Assembly: GCA_963770835.1 (NCBI GenBank)
Contig: CAVYRH010000007.1
Coordinates: 32,001 to 96,000 of the forward strand
Length of the DNA: 64,000 nucleotides
DNA from: an uncultured Pseudomonadota bacterium
GTDB lineage: Bacteria; Oederibacteriota; Muellerivitia; Muellerivitales; Muellerivitaceae
Direction: 5' to 3'
Positions 39,838 to 48,414 of this stretch are shown here, one piece after another; position 1 is the first letter of the stretch, and each line of letters begins with the position of its first letter. The translations under genes were made by a program, and so were the position numbers. Below the pieces are notes generated by a model. The model ran no database searches. It was given only the letters and a program-made list of their open reading frames with translations, and was not told where the DNA came from.

Positions 39838-40842
39838 TTAAAACTGGTATCCGACCCCAAAGTTGAGCAAGTATGGAGCGACTTGCTGGTAACCATTTTC
39901 ATCACGGTAGAGAGGTATATAGATGGCGGCATTGGCCAGCAAGTGTGAATCGATTCTATCCTGAAGACCCGGGGTCAAATAAAAGTTGGAGTATCCACTA
40001 TCCGCATTCCCAAACGCCGCGTCGCCTCCACCTTGATCATAGTCTCGGAACTGGTAGTGGATCTCGAGGGTGGGAATGAGACTGGTAGCCGTTTCAATTC
40101 CATGAAATTGGTCACCGATAGCCGCGTCGATGCTATCACCCGGCCGATATCCCTGGAAACTGTAAAGGGCATGTTCCCACAAAGCCTGTACATACCAGCT
40201 GCTAGGGCCTAAATTCCCGACTTTAAAAGCTCCCAGTAATGTATCCGTAGTGCCCGTTCCTGGCTGGGTATCCTGGTCCATGATCGGCTGGCCCTGGAAA
40301 TAATCCCCGGCATCGTTCGGACCTGTCGGCAACTTGAGCCCGAATTGTATGCCAAGCGACATGTCATCGGACAAACCCATATATTCACCCATGATGCGGA
40401 TGTCTGACAGTACGGTAGCGTTGGATGACAATAATTGCGGGGTTACGCCCTGGCTGGCATCGGTTACGCCCGGAGTACCATTGTTATCAGTTACGAAATT
40501 TCGATTCCATACCGGTATCATCGCCATGAATCCCCAATCCTGATCAAATTGATGCTGAAAAAATAAAGTAAAGAAGTTAGTCTCTAGCTGTTTATCCGGG
40601 TTCAAGTCACCAGAAACAAGCCCCGTACCATGTTGAGTCTTATTCTGGTTCATGTAATCGTACTGTAAGGAAAAAGTTGTAGAGTAGTGCATATCTGGAA
40701 GGCCAGGAACTACTAGGTCGAAAATCCCGCATCCACAGGCACAGGCAGAAGCCAGATGAGGAATCGCCCCCAAGGTTATGATAATGGCTACAACCTCCCA
40801 AAACCGTCTCACTTTTAAATTTAATCGTTTAAACCTGGTCAT
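39838..40842 (-). CDS. Putative outer-membrane transporter/beta-barrel with N-terminal CACGC motif
   Basis: Signal peptide cleaved just before CACGC; GLKLPTG, QPGTGTTD; terminal GVGYQF; lower GC than flanks. Confidence 0.75.
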   Translation of the reverse strand: MTRFKRLNLKVRRFWEVVAIIITLGAIPHLASACACGCGIFDLVVPGLPDMHYSTTFSLQYDYMNQNKTQHGTGLVSGDLNPDKQLETNFFTLFFQHQFDQDWGFMAMIPVWNRNFVTDNNGTPGVTDASQGVTPQLLSSNATVLSDIRIMGEYMGLSDDMSLGIQFGLKLPTGPNDAGDYFQGQPIMDQDTQPGTGTTDTLLGAFKVGNLGPSSWYVQALWEHALYSFQGYRPGDSIDAAIGDQFHGIETATSLIPTLEIHYQFRDYDQGGGDAAFGNADSGYSNFYLTPGLQDRIDSHLLANAAIYIPLYRDENGYQQVAPYLLNFGVGYQF

Positions 40843-40984
40843 GACTTCTCCTTTGTGAAAATTAAATTTGGGATAAAAGTTTTGAATTTCGACATTGAAT
40901 CCCAAGAAATATTTTTAAAACGACGTAGCATGAAATACCTGCTCGAATGGAATGATCTCTCAACAGACTTTCAAAAGCCTGTCC

Positions 40985-41356
40985 TTAGCAAAGACCTTTC
41001 CATCGGGGAGGTGGGGTATGGACAAAAAGGGGAGGGATCGGAAGGGAAACGGTTTTCATCTCCTGGCTTCCCGGGGGAATCGGAATGAAGAGGGAAGGCG
41101 TGGCGGGGGGGAACCCCTTGACCGGACTTTGGGAAAGGGCATTGGAATGGGAGCCGCCACCGCAATCTCCTGAATAAAAGCCGGGGGCGGCGGGACAGGG
41201 TGTGTTTTCGGCAGGATGATGGCAGCAACAGGGACCATGGCACATGGGGCAATAAGCTTTTACTTGGGATGGTTTAGGGGAAAAGGATAGGCCAACGAAG
41301 GGTTCTGTGACCCAAGAAAAAGCCAATAAGAGCAGGAAGGCAAGTTTTAGACTCAT
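40985..41356 (-). CDS. Small Cys/His-rich hypothetical protein (DUF2946-like layout)
   Basis: N-terminal hydrophobic segment, CPMCHGPCCCHH, C-terminal PPPR; precedes the barrel gene. Confidence 0.55.
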   Translation of the reverse strand: MSLKLAFLLLLAFSWVTEPFVGLSFSPKPSQVKAYCPMCHGPCCCHHPAENTPCPAAPGFYSGDCGGGSHSNALSQSPVKGFPPATPSLFIPIPPGSQEMKTVSLPIPPLFVHTPPPRWKGLC

Positions 41357-41435
41357 CTCGTTAAATTACCCGGACTCCATTAGAATTTCAATGCCGCCTG
41401 TCTATATCTCTAAAACACTGTAAAAGTTACTCATC

Positions 41436-42659
41436 ATGGTAAAAACGGAAATATTCAGCGAATCCCCACTGATAGGCCATTCCCCCGGACTCGGAAAGCC
41501 CTGGTCCGGTGAAAAGCTTTATTTCCACGGCGACGATTATTTCTGGGATGTCCTAAGGGCCATACGGGAAGCGCGCAGGAGCGTGGACATTGAAACTTAT
41601 ATCTTTGAGCCGGGAAGACTGGGGAATCTAATCGTGGCCGCCCTTATCGCCGCGAAACGGAGGGGTGTTTCCGTGAGGCTTTTGGTGGATGGCGTGGGTT
41701 CGCCGGAATTCCTGGACCATTACGGTCCCCGGCTGGAGAAGAATGGGGTTGCTTTTCGGATTTACCGTTCTTGGCCGACATTTTTCTCCTCCGTTTTCCA
41801 CCGCTTCCAGTGGATGCGGCTCCGGTGGTCCCTCCGTTATGCCTTTACCATCTGGAACAGCGGGAAACACCGGGATCACCGCAAGCAATGTATCGTGGAT
41901 GGACGGAAAGTTTGGATCGGTAGTTTCAACGTTTCCGATTGGCACCTGGAGGGAATAAAAGGAAAATCGTCCTGGAGGGACACGGGTATCGGCCTTTCGG
42001 GAGTGAAAAGCCAAGTGTTTCAACTGGCCTTCCGAACCGCCTGGGAAGATCCCTGGCCCCACCAATCGGCCCGCCGGCACCGCCATTTTCTGATCCAGTG
42101 GCTGACTCATGACGTCCAGGGAAGCCCTATTCGCATGACCGCCAGCCGCAAGTTAAGGCGCAGTTTCCGCAAGGAATTGCTGGGCCGCATGTCTTCCGCC
42201 AACCACCGGGTTTGGGTCCTGACACCTTATTTTGTCCCAACTGGGCCGCTTTTGCGGGCCCTGGCACGGGCTGCCCGGCGGGGATGCGACGTCCGCCTGG
42301 TGCTCCCCGGCCGCTCGGATGTGCCCATGGTGCGTTGGGCTTCCATTGTTTATTTCCCGGGTCTCCTCAAGGCAGGATGCAGGATTTTCGAATACCAAGG
42401 ACGGGTACTCCACGCAAAGACTTTCCTGGCGGATTCCTGGGCCCTGGTCGGGTCCTCCAACCTGGATTATCGAAGCCTCCGCAAGGATTTGGAGGTCAAC
42501 GTCATTCCCTCGGAAAAAAAGTCAATCCGGGGTTTAGAGGCGCAGTTCGAAAAGGATTTCGCCCATTGCCGTGAAGTTTCCATGGCCGATGTCCGCCAGC
42601 GCCCTCTCTGGAGCCGTTTCCTTTCGACCGTCTTCTTCCATTTTCGATATTGGTTTTAA
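41436..42659 (+). CDS. cls: Cardiolipin synthase / phospholipase D family
   Basis: Two HKD motifs (HRKQCIVD, HAKTFLAD), LLVDGVGS, WRDT, TPYFVP, GSSNLD. Confidence 0.88.
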   Translation: MVKTEIFSESPLIGHSPGLGKPWSGEKLYFHGDDYFWDVLRAIREARRSVDIETYIFEPGRLGNLIVAALIAAKRRGVSVRLLVDGVGSPEFLDHYGPRLEKNGVAFRIYRSWPTFFSSVFHRFQWMRLRWSLRYAFTIWNSGKHRDHRKQCIVDGRKVWIGSFNVSDWHLEGIKGKSSWRDTGIGLSGVKSQVFQLAFRTAWEDPWPHQSARRHRHFLIQWLTHDVQGSPIRMTASRKLRRSFRKELLGRMSSANHRVWVLTPYFVPTGPLLRALARAARRGCDVRLVLPGRSDVPMVRWASIVYFPGLLKAGCRIFEYQGRVLHAKTFLADSWALVGSSNLDYRSLRKDLEVNVIPSEKKSIRGLEAQFEKDFAHCREVSMADVRQRPLWSRFLSTVFFHFRYWF

Positions 42660-42764
42660 CCCGGTTTTAACCCTATCGAAAAAGGAAAACTTGCATTTTG
42701 AGCCGTCTTAAATAAGGTATAAATACTTTTAGCGCCGAATTCGCCCGTTCCATCGAGGACAGCC

Positions 42765-45700
42765 TTGGCCAAGAACAAGAAAAAGAAAGCTTCTTCAGAA
42801 GACTCCTCCCCCCTCCTTCACACCATGGCCCAAACCACGGACGCCCAAAAGGCTTCCCAGCAGCTTTCCGAACTGCCCGACCTCAAACAACACCCCGACG
42901 CCCCCAAAATTGCCGGTTACATGTTGATCAAGCCCCTGGGGCGGGGTGCCTACGCCCAGGTTTGGGAGGCCATCCAGCTTCGGACCCGGAAGTTCGTTGC
43001 GGTCAAGGTTTTCACCAAGAAGAGCGGCGTCCATTGGTTCTTTCTCCAAAGGGAAGCCGACCGCCTGATCCGCCTGGACAAGCATCCCCATATTGTCTCC
43101 CTTTTGGACGCGGACTTGAGCGGCGATATCCCCTATTACGTCATGGACCTGGCCCAGGAAGGATCACTCGAACGCCAAATGGAGGGTGGGCTACCCGGAA
43201 CCGGTGAGATCGAAGTGGAAAAGGCCGCTGGTTGGATGGACGAAGTGGCCCAGGCTTTGCATTACGTGCACGCCAAACAGATGGTGCACTGCGACTTGAA
43301 GCCGGCCAACCTGCTCGTGGACGACGAAGGGCATATCCGCGTTGCGGATTTCGGCAATTCCCGGGTTTTGAGCGAGTCCGGTGGAACCTTGGGCACCCTT
43401 TTTTACATGGCGCCGGAACAGGCGGTCACGCCCGACCCGGAAAAGCCCCTCCAGCCCGACATCCGGTGGGACATCTATGCCCTGGGCTGTACGATTTATT
43501 CCATGTGCTCCAACCGGGTACCCCACTCGGAGATCGCCCCCAAACTGGAAAAAGTTTCCGGGGTGGAGGAAAGGCTCCGGATTTACCGGGAAGCCGTCGA
43601 GGCCGAACCAGTTCCCGATCTCTTCACCCTCACCAAGGGCAGGGTGGACCGGGACCTCTCCGCCATCGTGGCCAAGTGCATGGCGGTCGATCCCCAGCAA
43701 AGATACACCTCAGTCGGAGAGGTGTTGAAGGATTTGAAAGCCCGCCGGGAAGGACGGCCGGTGAGCCCCCTGGCCCACGACATGGGCTATTGGCTGGCCA
43801 AGTTCCTCCTGCGGTACCGCACCTCGGTTTTGATCGCGGCGGTTTCCTTGATCGCCCTTTCGGTCGTGCTTTTCTTCCTTTCCAAGCGCCAGACCGCCCA
43901 AATTCAGGACACGGCCTTCAACTATGTCCTGAGGGGGAGGGAATTCCTGGACAAGGACGACGAGGCCTCCGCCGTGGCTTATTTTGCGGCGGCGGACAAG
44001 ATGTACCCTTCCATCCTGGCCAGGGGTAACGCTGCCTGGCATATGCCGCCCGTTCCAAGAGCGTTTTTCGCCCATGACGGCCCGCTGATGACCGTGGCTT
44101 ACAGTCCGGACGGCAAGATCCTTTTGACGGCCGGGGGAACGACGGGAGCGATACTTTGGGACGCCGAGACGGGCCAAGTCTTGAGCCGCACCCTCCCGTT
44201 GAACGGGGTCCTGACCGCCGCAGCCTTTAGCCGGGACGGCTCCAAATTGGCCTTGGGCGGGGACAACGGGGAAGCAAGGGTTTTTGACGTTGCCACCCAT
44301 GCGGCGGTGGGGAAGGCGATGTGGCAAAACAAGGGAATCACTTCGGTGGATTTCAGCGATGACGGCCAAAAGGTTTTGACGGGTGGAATGGACGGAAGGG
44401 CGAGGGAATGGAACGCCGCCACGGGCCTTTTACTGCCGCCCGTGATGGAGCACGACCAGCCGGTTTTGAAGGCTTTGTTCGGCCCCCAGGGGGACCGGGT
44501 GCTGACTTTGGATAAGGGCGGCGCGGCGCAGTTGTGGGACGCCGATAACGGGAATCCGGTCGGGGAATCCATCCAACTGGACTTGAAAGGGGCGCCCTCC
44601 TGGTACAAGCCCACCGTGGCTTTTAACCCCAATGGCAGGGGCTTTCTTGCCGCCGGATGGAATGGGGCGGTCAAATTTTACGACAACAAGGGAAAAAGAA
44701 CAGGGGCCGTGATCTTTATGGAAGGCTTGGGAGCGCAGGCCGTTTACAGCCCAGATGGCAGCCACGTCCTGGCTTCGGTCACCAGCGGGGGTTCGGCCGG
44801 GTTCGCCAGGGTTTTCAATGCCCGGACCCACGCGCCCTTGAGGTTTATCCTAAAGACCGGGGGAAGGATTTCAGCCTTAGCTTTCAGTGCCGATGGAAGG
44901 GAAGTCCTGACCGGGGACACGGACCACGTGGTGGGGATATGGAACGCCGAAACCGGCCAACACTTGGGCCATGATTTTTGGCAAGGGGACATCATTACCG
45001 CCGCCGCCTTCGATCCCCAGGGCAGGACCTTGGCCGCTGGCTGCCGGGATGGTCTGGCCTGCCTTTGGGCCTTACCGGGGGACGGGATGGACGACGAAAT
45101 TTCCCTGGCGTGGAATAATCCGGGGCGCGAGCACCTGAAGAAATTCCAAAGCCACGCCCTCTTCAGCCCGGATCTGAAAAAGGCGCTGACCTTCGGCGGG
45201 AAAACCGCCTGCCTTTGGGATGCCGCCACGGGGAAAGGGGAAGGGGATATCCTGGTGGCCGGTGGAACGATCCTGAGGGCGGTTTTTAGCCCTGACAGTT
45301 CCCGGCTTCTCACCTGCGATTCGGACGGCGAGTCCCGATTGTGGAATCTTCCCACCGGTCGCTTCCAAGTGCTGGGGAAGGGGAAGGCGGTTTACGGGGG
45401 GGCCTTCAGCGCCGACGGCCGGACGGTCTTGACCGGCGGAGAGGATAAAAGCCTGCACCTGTGGGACGTCCAAAGCGGCCAAGAAAAGGGAAAGCCCCTA
45501 GGGACAGGCCTTTCCATTTCAAAGGTCCTGCTTTCCCCTGACGGTGAAAGAATGGCCGCCTTGGGTTGGAACGGGGGCCTCAAGCTTTATTCCCCGCAGC
45601 CGACGGGTGGCAAGCCGCTTCTGAAGGTGGAAAAGGGGGTCCACGACGCGCTGTTCAGCCCCGATAGCCGCACCCTGGTTTATGCGCTTACCAAGACCGC

Positions 45701-46244
45701 GGCGGTCGTGGACTCCTCAACCGGCAAGTCCTTGAGAATCCTCGACCACGGTATCGGGCTGGTCTCCGTTTTAATCAGCCCGGATAGCGGGACCATCGCC
45801 ACCATGGGCTCGGATGGAACCATCCGGCTTTGGAGCCTCGCCACAGGGCTTTCTATCGGAAACCCCTTGCGGCACGAAGGCCCGGCCCAGGATTGGACCT
45901 TCAGCCCCCATGGAGACGTCCTTTTAGTCGCCTACCAGGATGGGGGCTGGGAATTTTGGGACACCCGCACCGGGGAAGCGATTGGGGAGGAAGAGCCCCG
46001 GGGACTCTTGGCTAAGGCTGTTGGCTTTGATCCGGACGGGAAGACCGCGCGAATGCTGGGAAAAGAGGGGGAACTCGTTCAAAAGCGGCTGGATTGGATG
46101 GACCCCCTGACCGATCCAAACCGCCTGGTGTTAATCTCCGAAGTGGCGGGCCGTTCGCGGGTGGACGTCCAAGGATCGCTGGAACCCGTCACGAGCGACC
46201 AATGGGTGCGCCTTTGGGCCCAATACCGGAAGGAAAGCAAATGA
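42765..46244 (+). CDS. Hanks-type Ser/Thr protein kinase - TM - WD40 repeats
   Basis: GRGAYA, VAVK, HCDLKPAN, DFG, YMAPE, DIYALG; hydrophobic helix; more than 12 FSPDG..WD repeats. Confidence 0.93.
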   Translation: MAKNKKKKASSEDSSPLLHTMAQTTDAQKASQQLSELPDLKQHPDAPKIAGYMLIKPLGRGAYAQVWEAIQLRTRKFVAVKVFTKKSGVHWFFLQREADRLIRLDKHPHIVSLLDADLSGDIPYYVMDLAQEGSLERQMEGGLPGTGEIEVEKAAGWMDEVAQALHYVHAKQMVHCDLKPANLLVDDEGHIRVADFGNSRVLSESGGTLGTLFYMAPEQAVTPDPEKPLQPDIRWDIYALGCTIYSMCSNRVPHSEIAPKLEKVSGVEERLRIYREAVEAEPVPDLFTLTKGRVDRDLSAIVAKCMAVDPQQRYTSVGEVLKDLKARREGRPVSPLAHDMGYWLAKFLLRYRTSVLIAAVSLIALSVVLFFLSKRQTAQIQDTAFNYVLRGREFLDKDDEASAVAYFAAADKMYPSILARGNAAWHMPPVPRAFFAHDGPLMTVAYSPDGKILLTAGGTTGAILWDAETGQVLSRTLPLNGVLTAAAFSRDGSKLALGGDNGEARVFDVATHAAVGKAMWQNKGITSVDFSDDGQKVLTGGMDGRAREWNAATGLLLPPVMEHDQPVLKALFGPQGDRVLTLDKGGAAQLWDADNGNPVGESIQLDLKGAPSWYKPTVAFNPNGRGFLAAGWNGAVKFYDNKGKRTGAVIFMEGLGAQAVYSPDGSHVLASVTSGGSAGFARVFNARTHAPLRFILKTGGRISALAFSADGREVLTGDTDHVVGIWNAETGQHLGHDFWQGDIITAAAFDPQGRTLAAGCRDGLACLWALPGDGMDDEISLAWNNPGREHLKKFQSHALFSPDLKKALTFGGKTACLWDAATGKGEGDILVAGGTILRAVFSPDSSRLLTCDSDGESRLWNLPTGRFQVLGKGKAVYGGAFSADGRTVLTGGEDKSLHLWDVQSGQEKGKPLGTGLSISKVLLSPDGERMAALGWNGGLKLYSPQPTGGKPLLKVEKGVHDALFSPDSRTLVYALTKTAAVVDSSTGKSLRILDHGIGLVSVLISPDSGTIATMGSDGTIRLWSLATGLSIGNPLRHEGPAQDWTFSPHGDVLLVAYQDGGWEFWDTRTGEAIGEEEPRGLLAKAVGFDPDGKTARMLGKEGELVQKRLDWMDPLTDPNRLVLISEVAGRSRVDVQGSLEPVTSDQWVRLWAQYRKESK

Positions 46245-46246
46245 AA

Positions 46247-46341
46247 GACAGTTCGCAGTCCACAGTTCGCAGTCCGCAGTTAAAATCTTTCAAGCTTCAG
46301 AGGTTGGCTGCCAACTGCCAACTACCACCTGTGGACTGCCG
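46247..46341. repeat. 7-nt-periodic inverted repeat lying between two ATGAA copies
   Basis: ACAGTTC GCAGTCC ACAGTTC GCAGTCC GCAGT ... CTGCCAA CTGCCAA CTACCAC CTGTGGA CTGCC. Confidence 0.78.
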
Positions 46342-46344
46342 TTC

Positions 46345-48015
46345 ATGAAGGCCATTGTGGAAGCCGTGCGCCAGGGGGAGGCCACCCTTCGTTTTGAGAT
46401 TGGGGAGAACCACGACGTCATCCTGGGCCGCACGGATGATGCGGACTGGGCCGTGCCCCATGAGAAGTTCCTCAGTCACCGCCACCTGGAATTGCGCATG
46501 AAAGCGGGGCGGCTGATGGTCAAGCGCCTCACCGGCACCACCAACCCCGTCTTCCACAAAGGCGTGGAGAAAGAAGCCTTCTTCCTGGAGAACGGGGACC
46601 AGTTTGTCGTGGGGAAAACCCGGTTCCATTTCGCGATCCTAAGCAACCGCAAGGACGAGGTCCGGCCCGACCTCAAGATGTCCATGAGCTCGGAAGAAGT
46701 TTACAAGAACGGAGGGGCGGTCCCCGCCCGGTTGCGCATCCTCGACCTTTTGGAGCTTCCCGAACTCCTCCGTCAAAAGGCCGAGTCCGACTCTTATAAC
46801 CATATCGCGAGCCTTTTGAGGTCAGTAGCCGCCGGGTCCTGGTCCCAAATCATGCGGCCGGGAGGCCGGGTCCTGGCGGTGGATTCGGCCCTGGATTCCA
46901 CGGGTTTTAAGACCAGCCGCACCCTCATCGAGGAAGCCCTCAAACATGCGCCCCAGCCCTTTCTTTATTGCTGGACCAACCCGGACCAGGGCCTTTCGGC
47001 CACCCTGCAGGAAGGGGCCGATTGGGCGGTTTGTGCGGCCACCCAAATCCCCGGGGAAGAACCGCTTCTTTTCTATGTGGCCGGGCAGGGAGGTAGTGAA
47101 GCGGCCCTCAAGGATAATTGCCGCCTGGTCGGCCTCATCGCCGACATGGTGGGCCGCAGTCTTTCGGTGCAGAAACTGGAGGGATTGAAGGAAAGGCTTC
47201 AACGGTTTTTCTCGGGCCAGGTGGTCTCCAAAATCATCGAGTCTTCCGACACGGAGGAATTGAAGCCCAAGCTGACCGAAGGCACGGTGATGTTTTTCGA
47301 CATCCGTGGCTTTTCCAAGCTCACCGAGGGCAAGGCCGAGAAGATCCTGGAAAAAACCGGTGAACTACAGGACGTCATGACGGCCATGACCGAGGAAATT
47401 TTCAAGGAAAATGGCGTCGTGCTCCAGTTCCTGGGCGACGGCATCCTGGCCTGCTGGAACCTGCCTTTCCCCGATCCCGACCACGTCAACCGCGCCTGCC
47501 GGGCCGCCCTGGCCATGGTGGTCTCCCTGGAAAAGATTGCCCCCGAGTGGCGTTGCGGCATCGGCATCCATACGGGCCAAGTGGTGGCGGGGTCCATGGG
47601 CGCCAAACAGCTTTTTTCCTACACCGTCATGGGGCCGGTCGTGAACCAGGCCTCCCGGCTGGAAGGCATCACCAAGATCGTGGAGGTGCCGATCCTGGCC
47701 ACCAAGGAAGTGGTGGAAAAGATTTCCAAGGATACCGCCGTGGCGCGCCGCATCGGGAAGTTCCAGCCGGCGGGCATGAACGTGGCCCTGGACCTCTTCG
47801 AGATCCATCCCCTTCCGGCGGACCAGGACAAGGCCAAGCTTTTCACCAAGGGCCTGGAAGAATTCGAGTTGGGCCAATGGGAAACGGCCTACGAAATCCT
47901 CGACCACCTGCCCCCCAGCGACCGGCCCGCCCGCTATATCAAGACCCTGGCCGAGATGCACCGCCGCCGCCCGCCCAAGGACTGGAAGGGCATTATCGAG
48001 CTGGCGGAGAAATAA
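46345..48015 (+). CDS. FHA-domain class III nucleotidyl (adenylate/guanylate) cyclase
   Basis: FHA: LGR, SHRH, TN; cyclase: FFDIRGFS, QFLGDG, GIGIHTG, YTVMG..VNQASRLE. Confidence 0.9.
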   Translation: MKAIVEAVRQGEATLRFEIGENHDVILGRTDDADWAVPHEKFLSHRHLELRMKAGRLMVKRLTGTTNPVFHKGVEKEAFFLENGDQFVVGKTRFHFAILSNRKDEVRPDLKMSMSSEEVYKNGGAVPARLRILDLLELPELLRQKAESDSYNHIASLLRSVAAGSWSQIMRPGGRVLAVDSALDSTGFKTSRTLIEEALKHAPQPFLYCWTNPDQGLSATLQEGADWAVCAATQIPGEEPLLFYVAGQGGSEAALKDNCRLVGLIADMVGRSLSVQKLEGLKERLQRFFSGQVVSKIIESSDTEELKPKLTEGTVMFFDIRGFSKLTEGKAEKILEKTGELQDVMTAMTEEIFKENGVVLQFLGDGILACWNLPFPDPDHVNRACRAALAMVVSLEKIAPEWRCGIGIHTGQVVAGSMGAKQLFSYTVMGPVVNQASRLEGITKIVEVPILATKEVVEKISKDTAVARRIGKFQPAGMNVALDLFEIHPLPADQDKAKLFTKGLEEFELGQWETAYEILDHLPPSDRPARYIKTLAEMHRRRPPKDWKGIIELAEK

Positions 48016-48192
48016 TGGCTCCACCGGCGGGTCTTATGGTATGGTATGGCCTGTTTTTGACGGATGACATTTGGTAACCCTCGTTTCGAGCCGCCATGGG
48101 GTGGCGGGAGCCCTTCAACAGGTGCCCCGCAGAAATAGCGTGACGGCTTTCCAACCCAATTATTTCCCCTGGTTCATTCCCAAAACTCAAAT

Positions 48193-48390
48193 GCTGTCGT
48201 TGTGAGGAATATTCACCGAATCGGTGAATGGCTATGACGAAGCAATCCAATTTTTATAAGCTTTTTGCAATGGATGCTTCATCTACTTTGAAATCTTCGG
48301 CGGAAAACCTTAAAAACGAATGCATGTGGAATTGAGGTTTCTTCGCCGTTAACGTCCCGCTAATCGCGGGACACTCCTCGCAATGGCAGC
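48193..48390 (+). other. Multibranched structured leader or palindromic element upstream of the DEAD-box helicase
   Basis: 16-bp closing stem 48193-48208/48375-48390 with three G-U pairs on the + strand; four internal hairpins. Confidence 0.65.
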
Positions 48391-48414
48391 GATTAAAATT
48401 GATAAGGAATTAAA

